DNA of 64,000 nucleotides from Octopus vulgaris. Lineage: Eukaryota. Location: NCBI GenBank assembly GCA_951406725.2, contig OX597815.1, forward strand, positions 33,914,001 through 33,978,000, in the 5' to 3' direction. Position 1 is the stretch's first letter; each line of letters starts with the position of its first letter. The notes beneath the pieces were generated by a model. It was not told where the DNA came from, did not search any database, and saw only the letters and a list, made by a program, of their open reading frames with translations. A program made the translations under genes and the position numbers. This document shows positions 25,201 through 39,645 of the stretch, one piece after another.

Positions 25201-28200
25201 GGTATGGATATAATTACAGAAAGTATTTAGTGTGTGAACTGAAGAAGTGGAGGTAAATGCATTGGAGAGGATGATAGGAAGAGAGATGGGTGCATTGGGT
25301 GGCTGAAATGTGGATAAAGAATTCAGTGCTTGTAGTTTGCATAAAGAAATGTGAGTAGGGTTGGGAAAGAAGTTTGCTTATTAAGATATGCAAAGGATGA
25401 TGTAGTTGTCAACATTTTACTGTTATATCTATTACTATTAATGACTGTAGAGTTTTTACTTTTACTTGTTGGATCTGGGGAATGGTTGATATCCATGGTT
25501 TTCACAGGCCTTCTGAGACTGGTGAGAGTGTTGCCATTAATACTCTTCTTGAAACATTGCAAGTTAACACCTACAGGAAATATATGAGCAGGAAGGGAGT
25601 TTCAGAGGGATATGGTTCTGGGAAGGAAGGACTGGGCATAGTGATTTCTGTGGCACCTGAGGAATTGGGTACAAATGAGGATGAGAAGAAGAGAGACAAA
25701 TGGATAGGGAGTGCATTGCAACCCAACCTCATATTATATTTGTGGTAGAAAAGGCAGGGAGAAGAAACAGCACATCTATGGATTAGAGGCTGGAAAATGT
25801 CTGTAATTAACTTTATGCCAATCTCTTGGGTGACCCTTTTGTGGATGTGGTCTAGGATGTGTGCAACAGTTGCAACAGCACTGTCTCAGATGTGGGGGGG
25901 CAATACTTCATTGTGGGCCTTATCTGAGCTTTGTTGAATGCCAGTAATTGCTGGAGACTGAAGTGTCTTCTGGCCCTAAAGAGAAGTGCCATCTAGGATG
26001 TAGTCTAAGCTTAAGTTAAGGTTGTGCATTTGTCAGCAGAGATCCTTCGTGATGGTGAGGGCCAGTATTTGGAGTGTTTGTGAAGGTTCTTGTTGTATGA
26101 TGCTCATGATTAACAAGTGTGTGGTGCAATGATGTTTTCTTGATTTGAGTAGCATTTATATTGCCTTGCTGTTGAAAGAGTCAAATCGCCATATCTCCTT
26201 TGGAGGATGCTTTCAAAGTCTTCGTTCAAGAAATCAATGTGGGTTTAATATGTAGTATCTAGGTAGTGAGTAGATGATGCATAATTGGGGAATGTTAAAG
26301 AAGAATAAAAGTAATGTCATCTGTGTAAAAATTGTTGGATGTGATGGCAAATAAGTAATTGATGATTAGAAGGAAGAGAGTGGGGAACAATTTAGTATAT
26401 AACATCAAATGTCATCTTCATTTCAATGTCCATATTGGCATTCTTACATGAATAAGACAAAATTCATTGAGGTAGATATTTTAAGGCCAGATTTTCTTGT
26501 TGTCAGCTCTCTCCTGGTTCCAAGCAAGGTAATATTTCTCTATGGTGAGGTGCTGAGCTGGCAGAATGATTAGCATGCTGGGAAAAATGCATAGCAGCAT
26601 TTCATCTGTCTTTAACAGTCTGAGTTCAAATTCCGCTGAGGTTGGCTTTGCCTATTATTCTTTCAGATTTGATAAAATAAGTACCAGTTGAGTACTGGGA
26701 CCAATGTAATTCACTTACCCCCTCCCTTCAAATTACTGGTCCTGTGTCAGAATTTGAAACCAATATTTTTCCATGGTGAAATCTGTTTTTATAGAGGCAC
26801 TCCACATGTAAGATCGTGACACGCATTTACAACTATTGTGTGATTTCAGGACAAGGAATGTATACACAAGAAATTGCATACACAAATACATGAATGGTGA
26901 CCACAAAAAATTGCATACACTATTGTGTAAATGGTGAAAAAGTGTTGAAAATTATGGATTATGTGAATTGTTGAGTATTTGAATGTTGTGCTTTGTTCAG
27001 TGTCAAAATTGGAAACCATTAAAAGAACCACATTCTTTACAAAGTTCTTTTTCTCTTTTAAGTCAGTCTTTACAATGTTTATAACCTTTTTGATTACTGT
27101 ATTTTCTGGCATACAAATCAATGTAGTATGTAAACATTCAAATACCTTCTCTATCTTTTCAAATCTCACTGCATTTCACATGGAATTTTTGGTCCTCCAA
27201 AGTCATCTCAGTGTATAAGTTGGCCTATCCTTTTTGGGGCTGTAAATTTTGGTTTGAAAAATTCAGTGTGTATGCCTGAAATATGGTAGTGTTGATGTAA
27301 TTTATTAATTGAATAATCTATGTTATCTAACACTTTTAAACCTAAAGCTATATATATATATGTGTGTGGGGTGGGGTGACTGAATTTTAATTTTAGAGTC
27401 ACACCAAAATTTTTTTGTATTGGCTTAAAGTATTTACTTTTATTTCTGGTACTGTTTCGTACACACACACACACACACACACCTATGTATGTGTATATTT
27501 ATGTATAAATATATACATAGGCACATAGTTCTGAGTTTAGTTCCACTGTGTGACATCTTGGGTTGAACAAAGCCTTTTGAGTGGATTCAGTAGGTTGAAA
27601 GAAGCTCATCTTGTATGCATGTATGTGTGTGTGTTTGTGTATTACTGTCTCCTTGCCTTGACATCACATAGTAGATATAAATGAGTGTCACCATCATGGA
27701 AGCAATGTCCTTCATTCTCAATATTCTGTGGAAAGATGTCTGGGAAATGTTACCTTGGAAACAGATGAGGGCATCTGGCTGTAGAAAATTCACCTCAGCA
27801 AATTCTGTCCTATCCATGTGAGTATGGAAAAGTGGATGTTAAAAATAAGGATGCTTACATGTACACATACATAAATATACATGTATGTCTGTGAGTATAT
27901 ATATAAATATACTATCATCATTTCATAAGCGAGTGTATTGTGTATGTGTGTAACCATAAAAATAATGAGAATGCTAATTCTTAAACCCATGACCCAAAAA
28001 ATGCAAAAAATTGGGTATGACTTCAGAATTCACTGTCCACCAAACAATATAATTTTAATCTGAGAGACAAAAATGGAAGTGGTATCCAAATCTCGAGGAT
28101 CACTAAATTAGCGTTTCAACCCATTTTGTAAAAAAAATTGTTTCAAATTATCCAATTCCAAGAAGTCTTATCCATCTAGATATTTTTTTAAACATATGAA

Positions 28201-30672
28201 TAACCATAGATATGTATCCAAATTCCCCTGTAAATGTAGTTTGCCTACATCACCTAACTGTATTGCAGCTTCGGCTATGTATTTCCTTTCTGCCCAATTT
28301 TCAAGATCATAATGACAGTAGTGACAGGGGAAAAAGTAGATAGAATAACAAAAAGTAGCTTTCTTGATTGAGAGAATAGTGAAGAGAAATTGTTAAAGCA
28401 TCTGTTAGGGTGTTAAAGTTATAATTTTCTCTGAAACATGCATTTCCAACAATAACAAAACCAAAAGCAAGCATTGGGAGTGGGTAATCTTGTAATAATA
28501 ATGATAGTTGATAATCTACCCTGGAACAGTTTATCCTCATGAATTATGCTGACAGTAAGGTTAAAGAATTGCACCACTGATGTCTCTATCATTGGTTCAG
28601 TCTTACTGTTACAGCTGTTGTATTGCATTCCTGAATAAATTCTACTTGCATCAGATTGCTGGCTTACAAACAGTTTCTAAGCCTACTTTTCTGTTAGTGG
28701 TTAGTGATTGTCAGTGGCCCCCAACAAAAGTACAAATACTGAAATTAAAAAAAAAAAAGTCATTAGTTATAAAATGATATATTGGTGCAAAAAAAAAAAA
28801 AAAAAGTAAATTTTAATTAGCATTCGTGATATTTTTTCCAATTCTTATGTTATAATATTTATTATAAACTGTTAGTGTCAGAAACTGTATCCACTTCTTT
28901 TCACAAGCAGTGAAGAAGATCTAGGATACTCTTCTCTTATTAGTTTATAATTTGTTTAATTTGTTTACTCCAAGGAGATTAACCCTCAGTGTGCTGATTA
29001 AATTTTTGTGTGCGAATGTGCAAATGCTGAATTATTAAAATTGACTGAATTGTGTACATAACACCCCCAAGTTATGTATACAAATAATAACTAGGTCATA
29101 TGAAAAGGGGAGAATTCTGCAAAGTATTTCACTATAAAAAACTTGGTTCCTGTATTTCAACTGCACACATACACACACATACACTCACGCACACACATAC
29201 ACTCACGCACACACATACACTCACACATACACTCACGCACACACACACAACCAAATATACTGAGTTCCCATGTAGTAAAGGTTAGAGGCAAAAATTTCAT
29301 TAACTGTAAACTTTTATATTGTATTGTTGCCTGATGTTTTGATCCCATTTCTCTTTCATTACTATTAATTGTAAATGTCTTTCCTGTCTACCACAGGCCA
29401 TTCTTGATGCTACTGTGTCACATAGAAAACAGTTTCGAAATATTGTTGCTAATTGTGAAAATTTGATGTTGATTGAAATGGAAGGCTACGCTGGTTTAGG
29501 TGCCATAAGGTACATTTTTTTTTTCTTTTTTCTTTTTGTCAGAGTTCCTTTCTTAATTGGAGATATTGTTTTCGCTTTTATTTACCATTCTTGGAATTTT
29601 CCCTGAAACGTCCTAAAAAACCACCTGGAAATTTTCAGTAAATCGCATATAATTTGTTTATTCTTGAAATTATAAGTAGTTTTAAAGATTATTTTTATTT
29701 TTATTACAAAGTGCTCTTGTCATCATAATTATGTAGATATACAGAGAACAAGGCATTCAGTGCTAACTGCTGTCAGTCAATATCCACTATATTGATTTTG
29801 TAGGTCATTGGAGTCCAACATATGACCCTAAACTAGAATAAATTGCAGGCAATTATCAAAGTCTAATCCCCCACTGGGAATGAAGAATATTGAATTAATA
29901 TTATTAATAAATCAAGCATACAATTGTTTGTTTCTTTTTTTCATTTTATATATTTTTTTATTTTTGGTGCCTTGACCTTAATCAAATGACTGCTGCATAA
30001 CATCATCAATAACATTACATCTTGTCAAACTAAAGTCATCTGGGATCTGTTTAGCATTTAAAATGTCTTTTGCAAAAATTTTATTGTTCCATACATAAAA
30101 AAACAAACAAACATAAAAACCCCTCAAATTGTTATCTGGCACAATCATTCATGCTTCTGATAACATTTTCTCATAACTATTTTGACATGAAGAAAACATT
30201 AGTAATTATTTTCATTTTTCTGTATTACATTTAAACAGATATATTCCAGCCAGCTGGACAGAAAAACTCGCAGAGTTACCAGAAAATGGAAAAAATGATA
30301 TCAATACATTAAATATTGAACTGGTTCACAAACTGAAATCTACCGACAGTGCATTCTCACTTGGTAAATATAGGAGTTAATTTTTTGACAGCAATCATCT
30401 AAATGGCAAATATATTGTTTTATGGTTACAGACCCATTCTTACCATCCTCCCACACCACTTATTTTTTTACTTCATGTTTTTAGAGTAATCATTTCACAA
30501 ATATGTGTATATATTTTAAGCCTCTTTAGATGGTTAATACTTTTTATGAATCTAATTTAGGTTGGCATGTTGTGGTCAATAACGTCATTATGTTACAGAT
30601 GCGGTAATAATAATGTTGATACATGATCATACAAATGAAGAAACAAACAGACACACAACATTTAACATATAT

Positions 30673-30724
<52 letters not shown>

Positions 30725-33700
30725 GTGATGAGTAAATCGTCGCTATTTTATATTTTTTATTTTATGCATGCGCATTGTTTGTTTTTGATTTTGTCAACTA
30801 CACACTATAGTAGGGATGGTTGGGGATGTCTGTGAGAAAAACAGCACCATGACACATTTCACTTTGCTAGAGATTTGGAAACAACATGCTGTACCGCTTG
30901 GCATTGTGCTGGAAGCTCCAATACAAACATTTCAGAGTGTTTGGGTGTCAATTTAAGGACAGTGCAATCTGAGGATATGTACTGAGAGTGGTAAAAATCA
31001 AACATCCAGCCAACATCATGGTGTTTGGAGTGGTCACTAGTGATGGCAATGTTATGCCTCCATTCATCTTCCCAGACAGCCTCAGACTCAACACAGAGGC
31101 CTACATCAAGTGCGTAGATGATGTGTGGTGCCCTGGATCAAGAATGTGGGTGCTAGAAGATCCTGTGTTTGGCGACAAGACTCTGCACCATGCCACACAA
31201 ACAGGAGAAAACAGTCATGACTGTCAGGCAGTTTCTGCGACCACATCACCCCTGACATCTGACCATCCAACTTCTCAGACTGCAGCCCCCTTGATTATTA
31301 TGTGTAGGGCAGAGTTGAATGAGAGACCAACAAAACTCCTTGTAATACCAAAGTTGTACTGAAGGCAAGGATTATGGCAGCATTCACCAACATGAACAAG
31401 GAGACTGTCCAGAAGAGTTGCAGGAGATTCCAAAGTCATCTGGAGGCCTTGGTTGAAGCCAATTTCGATTTTATTGAATGAATTTACATTTTAGTATTTC
31501 AAGATATTTTTATGTAATTTTGGTAAATATATCTGTTAAAATGAGCTGTCAGTGTTATTTTCATTTTTGCATAATTTAGTTAGTTAGTTAGTTAGTTAGT
31601 TAATTTGGCTCAAAAGCAAATAGCAAGGCCATGTAGGGGGACATGGAGTTAAGTACAGGGTGGTGTTCATGTAAAGAGTTCAGGCCACTTGAGGTCCAGG
31701 GAGGCTTTGAACAAAGCGGTCGTCGGCATCTTCACCATCTCGTTTGGCAGCTTGTTCCACGGATCCGCAACCCGGACGGAGAAAGCTCCTCTCCTTCGAT
31801 TGAGATGAAATCGTCGCAGGTAGAGCTTTTGGACCCCGCAGCCGACGCTCCGGAGCAGGAGTGAAGAACAGCTCTTTCGAGAGGTTACACTTCCTGCTTA
31901 TGATGTTGTGGGCGAGAATGAGATCACCACGGCGGCGGCGTTTTTCAAGAGAATAAAGGTCGAGCGTCCTCAGCCTTTCTTCGTAGGACAAATTTTTGAG
32001 ACCATGAACCATGCGGGTAGCCAGCCTCTGGACTCTTTCGAGGTGCTGTATGTCTTTGAGGAGATAAGGAGAAGAGGCTTGAATCCCATACTCCAATATG
32101 GGTCTCACCAGCGTGACATAGAGTGGCAGGAATATGGCTGCTGTGAGCATTCCGAATGACCGCCGAATCAAAAACAGAATTCCGCGCGCTTTGTTGGCAG
32201 CATGGACGCACTGGGCCGAAGGCGAAAAGGAGGAATCCACCAAGATACCCAGGTCCTTTACCTGATCGGTCCTCTCCAGCAGCAGACGACCTGGCTCGAA
32301 ATCAAGTTGAGTTGCAGGAGTAGAGCCGACAGGCAGATGACAGCACTTTGACACGTTCAAACACAGGTCCCAATCGTTAGACCACTTCCAAATTTGGTGG
32401 AGGCATCGATGAAGATCCTCTATACTACCGTGAGGAGCGACCAGTTTGATATCGTCGGCAAATAGAAGGGTGTGTTGCGTGAGGTCGTCGGGCAAGTCAT
32501 TTATGAAGACTAAGAACAACAAGGGCCCAAGCACTGAACCTTGAGGCACGCCACTGCTCGCATTGGAGACGTCGGACCGCGAACCATTAACTTGAACTTG
32601 GAAGGAGCGATCTGAGAGGAAGGCACCAACCCATCGTACAATATCCGGATGGAAACTATATGCTTGAAGCTTGACAAGTAGTAGGCTGTGGTTTACCGAG
32701 TCAAAAGCTTTGGCAAAGTCCAATAAAACGATGTCAACAGCATCACTATCATCGAGGATGCGCGTCACCAATTCTTCCATTACTAGTAAGTTGGTCAAGC
32801 ATGATCTCTTCGGCACGAAGCCGTGTTGGGAATCAGTGATCGAGGCTGTGTTTAGGAGGTGGAGCATCATACTTTTCTTAAGGATGGTTTCGAACATCTT
32901 GCTGATTATTGATGTAAGGGAAACCGGTCGGTAGTTAAGCGGGTCTTCGCGGCCCCTTTCTTGAAAATTGGGCAGATTATCGCTGTTCTCCAGTCTGCAG
33001 GTATAACACCCGTCGCCAATGACATATTGAATAGTCGTGTTAAGGGCTCGCAGATGACCGGAGCCAACGCTTTGATAATATATTCACTGCACCCTGTATA
33101 TATACACACCCATACATACATACACTTATATGTAAACTGTTAAGATTAACTTGAAATGGATGGTGTAGTATATGTATGTGCATGTTTGTGTTTCTCTGTA
33201 TGTGTTAATGTGTATATATATGAGTTTGCATATACTTATGAAGGTGTGGCTTTGGGTTTTTGATCATACGATCTTGGGTTCAGTTCCTGAACTGGGTGTC
33301 GTGTTGTGTCTGTGAGCAAAGCATTTTGATTTATGTGCTCCAGTTTACTCAGTCCCCTCTTCATTCTCTCTCACCTCTTTTAATGTTTCATTAACTCAGG
33401 GGTGGGAGGGAGGGTTGAAAAGGTGTCAGTGTCTGCTTCAAGACTTCATAGGTACTGGAAACAGTAAGCAAAAACTTTGGTACATGTTACTATGTCTTAC
33501 ATGTGAATGACAGTCATCATCATCATCATCATCATTTAATGTCCATTTTTCCATGCTGGCATGGGTTGGGCAGTTTGACAAGAGTTGGCAAGGCCAGGAG
33601 CTGCACCATGCTCCATTGTCTGTTTTGGCATGGTTTCTACTGCTGACCATTTACAGAGTGTATTGGGTGCTTTTTACATGGCTCCAGCACCTTTGCTTTT

Positions 33701-36700
33701 TATGTGGCACCAGCACTGGCAGAGTCACCAAGTACCTTGCAAGACAAAAACTCCTCATCAGGGATGGGTAGTTTTGAAGGGGAGTAGCTTTGTGCAGTTG
33801 AAAAATTAAAGGTATAGAGGGATAGAGATAGGTGTCATCCTGCAGACACATGGATGTTCCAGCTGGAAAAAAAAAAGGAGAATGAGCCATAGAGTAAGAT
33901 ACAGGGATCAATAGTGAGAGGGATGATGGCAAAAATGTGTTGGGACATACTCTGAAGGGATATTGGGGTGGTGAGAATATGTGGAGGTGATATAGATGTT
34001 TGGACTGGGTAAGTGGGCAGGATGAGGTGACTACCAAATGATGGAGAAAAATATAGGAGAGACTTAGGGATTGGGGTTGCAGTTGATATTTGAGGACATT
34101 GAGGGTGATTGCTGGTATGTTAATGAAGGAGAACCAACTTCTACCTGGAATTCTTCACTGTACTCATTGCCAATCCTAACCTTACTAATAGTCTCTTTGT
34201 AAAGGGCCTGTACAGCCCTTATTAACCATTTGTAAATCTCCAGTTTCTGCATCGCCCACCAGATAAGGGATCGGGGGACCCTGTCAAAGGCTTTCTCCAA
34301 GTCCACAAAAGCTAAGTATAGGGGTTTATCTTTGGCTAGGTATTTCTCTTGCAGTTGTCGAACCAGGAATATGGCATCAGTGGTGCTTCTACCCAGCACA
34401 AAACCGAACTGCATCTTATCTAAGCAGACTCTCTCCCTGATGAGATGGGCTATGACCCTATCCGTCACCATCATTACCTGATCCAGCAGTTTGATACCCC
34501 TGTAGTTATTTCTATCTAGAGCATCACCTTTACCCTTGTAGATGTTGATTATGGTGCTGCTACGTTAGTTGTTGGGTATGACTCCATCATGAACTACCTG
34601 ATTTACAATGCGTGACTATGGGTGATTAGGCCGTAGCACACACCACCAGATGTTTTAAGCATCTCAGTAGTGATTCCTGATGGGCCAGGGGCTTTTCCTG
34701 GCTTCATACCCCTAATTGCTTTATCTACTAGGGAGCTGTCTATACAGATAGTTGGTCCTTCTACTGGGTCAACATTTGGCAGGCTCTCCTCCTCCCATTC
34801 ATTCTCCACATTCAGCAGTCTTTCATAATGGCTTTTCCAAGCCTCTTTCTTTTCAGAATCATTAAAAGCAAGTGCACCATCATCCATTCGGACACATTTC
34901 TCTCCTGTGACATCACAATTTTCTCTCACACACTGTCTTGCAATCCGAAATACCTCAGTTCTTTGGTCCTCACTTCGCTGGACATTGGCAAACTTCTTCT
35001 TTTCTGCTTCGCTCTTGGCTATGTATACCTGCTGCCCAGCCTCCATTTTGGCTACCTGGTACAGTTCTCTGCTACCCCAATTATTCCAGGCTTTCCAGGC
35101 CTGTTACTTTGCCCTAATGGCTTTGTCTACCATACTATTCCACCACCATGTAACTCTAGGTCTGGAAGGGACTTTGCACCAGCCACAGACTTGGTCTGTG
35201 GCACTCAGCAAGCTGTCCCGTAGGAATTTCCAGCTATCTTCTATGTCCGATGTCTGTAGCTCCTCCTCTCTCTCCACAAAATTTCTTGATGAGGATGTCC
35301 CTAAATCTCTGACTATGTGAAGGGTTCTTTAGCTTCCAAATCCTTCTTTCTTGGATTGGTCTGCTTCTTGGTATCCGTCTGGCCTCAAGACTAAAGTCAC
35401 TAATGACTAGCCTATGCTGGTGGGTACATTCTTCACCCCAGAGGGTCTTTGTATTTAAGAGCAACCCTGCGTCCCGCTGTCTGGTGGGGATGAAATCAAT
35501 CTGGCTAGCGGAGTCTCCCGAGTGATAGGTTATAAGGTGGCTGTCTGGCTTCCTGAAGTTAGTGTTGCAGATTAAAAGGTTACATGCATCACAGAACTCC
35601 AGTAACCTCATCGTTTTGGGTGCGAATACCATGGCTACATATATATATGTTTTTGTCTTTCATTTTTTTGTGTCCTACGTCTGTTCCTCCATTATTGGTA
35701 CAGGGTGGACGAGTGTCAGTCCATTCTTACATGATACACTCACACACACAAACGTCACAGAATATACAACATATTTGCATGTTTTTTTTTTTTATCGCTG
35801 ATGGTCTATAGTCGTCAGAGGGAGCTTACTGTGACATGGTAAAGACATATGGACCTTTTGTTGTCAGTCAAGATCAGTAGATTGAGTGGAAAGCTGTGTG
35901 TGTGTGTGTGTGTGTGTATGTTTGTATATGTGTTTGTATGTGTGTAGTGTGCCCATGTGTGTGCCTGCATGCTAGCATGTATACATGCAACTGCCCCACA
36001 CATATACAAATGCGTGTATTGTTAACCTGCTTTCTTCATTTTGATTCTGTAAAAACCTAACAGTTTTGTCTGTGTGTCTGATTGCATTTCTGTGATCCTC
36101 ATTCGGCAATTTTTGCTGCCATAATTAACTTATTATTCTTTAATTTAGGACAGTGTGCAGATAACATTGCATGTGTGAAGTTTGGTCTTATCACAGCAGA
36201 CACAGAAATCGAAGAATTAGTTTCTCTGGTAGAAACTGTAGGAAAACAGCTTGAAGAATCTTCCAAGGTAAATCATATTATAAGTACTGCTGTACTGTGG
36301 AGAATATTAACTTATGGTGACTAATTGATATTATGTTTTTGATTGGCTGTATCTATTGTTATGTCAGTGAAGTTACTCAACTGTTATCTGTAAGGTATTC
36401 AAAGGCATAGTTCCTTATTTGATTTACATAGAGTAGTCAAAAGGTACTTTAAAAGTTGCTTTGAATATTTTTCTTTTTACATAGCATCATCGTTGTCATT
36501 GCCACTGCTGCTGCCACCATCATCATCTCTTATTTATCTTTGTTTTCCTTCTGTATCTTCAAAATCAATTGTCCATGCTTATATTATTTATGTGGCAGAT
36601 TAGCAGAACTATTGGGACTTGAGATAGATTGTTTTTACAGTAATCATTTCCTTCTGGTCTCCCTCTTCTCTGAGTCCAAATCGCTTGTAGGTCAACTTTC

Positions 36701-36804
36701 TCTTTATCCTTTTGAGATCGATAAATAATGTACCAGTCCTGTACTGGAGTCAATTAATTTCTCTCTCTCTCTCTCTCCTTCTTTCTCTCTCCCCTTCTCT
36801 CTCT

Positions 36805-36835
<31 letters not shown>

Positions 36836-39559
36836 TCTTTCTTCCCTCTCTCTCACTTTCCTCTTTCTCTCACTCTCCTCTTTCTCTCACTCTCCTATTT
36901 CTCTCACTCTCCTCTTTCTCTCACTCTCTCTTCTCTCTCTCACCCTCTCTCCCCTCCCCCTCTCCTCTCTCACTCACACTCTTCTCTCTATCACCCTCAC
37001 TCCTCTCTTTCACTCTCTCTCCTCTCTCTCACCCCCTCTCTCTCACACATGCACACAAATTGCCTGTAGCCAGGCCTAGGGATGGATGGTCTCTATCTGT
37101 TCTAGAAATGCCCACGATTTGTCACATATGACAGTGTTCCTCTAACTCCATCAAAGAATTGAGGTCCTAACTTAAGGCAAGGCTAGTATTATTAGATATC
37201 CAATGGTAGCAGATTATTAGAGCATCAATGTACCTTGCAGTATTTCTTCTTCTTTATCTTCTGAGTTCAAATTCCACCAAGGTCACTTTTGCTTTTCATC
37301 ATTCTAGGGTTGATGAAATAAACTACCAGTTGTATGCTAGGTTGATATGACTGACCTCTCCTCCCAATTTATGACCTTGTGCCTATGATGGAAACAGTTA
37401 TTAAATATCATCTATAGAGTGATATTTGTTTCCTCTCAAGTACTCTATATTCGTATAATGTACACTAGTCCATCCGAAGTATACCACTCTATATGATGTG
37501 AGCCAGTCCAGTTGATATCTGGTGATATTTATAGGAGTGGTCTCTTTATCACTTCATGATTACTGACTGACAGCTGATTAATTCCATTTTACAGTATTCT
37601 TTGTTTCTTATGAGAACAGTAATATATTGATGTGTCTAGTTGAAGATCATATCTAACGTAATGTTATGTATGGAGGCAGTGAACTCATTAAAACAAAAGA
37701 TTCAATTAACTGTTCTTTCTCAATGCCTTATGTGGTTTTGGTTCAAGCTTATCATAGTGACTCTATAACAAAGTAAAAGCAGTTGCTGAGAGAAGGCTAA
37801 TAAAGAAAATGCATATATAGAAATGTGTTAGAAGGAAACAGAATTCTATGGAGGTCTGATCTTGAGATATAAATCCTTAAATCCTTAAAAATGTTTTAGC
37901 CCGAAGGCTGCAGCCATGCTGGGGCACCACTGCTGTTTATAACTGCAACAAAAGATTTTGGGAAGGGACGGATTATAGATTTGAAGGAGTATTAAAGAAA
38001 GGAAAGATGGTAACAATTTGAGTAAAGATGGTTAAAACCTTTAACATTCATAATACCAATGATGTTGTGTATAGTTTACATATTCATATAAAAATAATCA
38101 AAACATGACACTAAAGCTATTGGAACGAAAATATTTGAAATTAAGGTCAAACTTTGTGTTTTTCTTTTTGTTTTAGTTTCTTGAAACAATGTCTGAAAGG
38201 ATCTTAAAAGGAATAGAAGAAGCTAGCAAAGATCTTCAACGAGAAAACCATGAACGTATTATACAAGAAGTAAGTTGTTGTAATGATTCCTTAAAAGTTT
38301 AACTAGTTCTTCTGAAATTAAATTGTGTTTGCTTAATGTTACTATTGTCTACATGTTCTACTACATATTTCTTAGAATATTCATATTTTCTGGTTTTTTA
38401 GTCTTCTAACTTGTTCTAGTTCTTAGAATAGCATTATTACAATAAAGACTATATGGTTACAGCTGGAATACTGCATAATTTTTTCTCTTTTGGTTGGAAC
38501 TGTACCCTTGGCTTTCAGAGGCCCTCCATTATTAGACAAATTGATGCAGTTGGTTTTCCTCTTGAAGTGCAAATTGACAGCTGCACAATAAAACATGGGT
38601 TTGGAAGGCATTCCTGAGATTTTTACATTATTGAGGAAGAAATAGCTGTAGTGATTAGTGTGGTGCCATGTGGGGGTGACATAATTGAGGTGACATAATG
38701 AAGGGGAGCATCAAGTGAGTCGGTTGTGCCTCACTGGAGTTTGATGAGTGAGTTCACTGTAGTAATGTTAAAAGAGTCAAAGAGAAAACAATCCATCTGT
38801 GGCTAGAGGTTGAAGTGTTTTGGTAAGTGACTACCTCCTCCAGGCACTTGATATAGGCCTCTGTATTGAGTCTGAGGCTATGTGGGAAAATGAATGGAGG
38901 CATAATGTCGCCATTGCTAGTGATCACTCCAAACACCATGATGTTAACAAGATGTTTGATTTTTATCACTCTCAGTACATGTCCTCAGTTCGTATTGGAG
39001 CTTCCGGTGCAAATGCCGAACAGTGGAGCATGTCGTTTCCAATTTTCTGGCAGAGTGAATAGTGTCCTGGTTCTGTTTTTCTTACAGATGGTGCTCAACT
39101 GACCATACTATACAGTTTAGTTGACGAAATCAAAAACAAGCAACATGCATGTGCAAAATTAAAGAATATAAAATGGTGACAATTTACCCATCACACCCTG
39201 TATATATATTTGTCATCATGATTATAATTTGATGTCTGTTTTCTATACTGGCATGGGTTGGATGGTTTGACTGAAGCTGGTAAACCCAAGAACAGCACCA
39301 AGCTGCTTTGTCTGCTTTGGCATTGTTTCTATGACTAGATGCCCTCCCTAATGCCAACCATATAACATAGTGTACTGAGTACTTTCTTTGTGGCATCAGC
39401 ACTGGCAAGGTCTCCAAGTAACTTGCAAGACAAAGACCTCTAGACTGGTAAGGGGAGTAGTAGTGGGGGAGGTGGAATAATGCCAATTGATGAGCGGTTT
39501 AAAAATATAATAGGGGAGATACATGGCAGTCAGTAAGAAAAGAGATAGATAGATGGATG

Positions 39560-39645
<86 letters not shown>

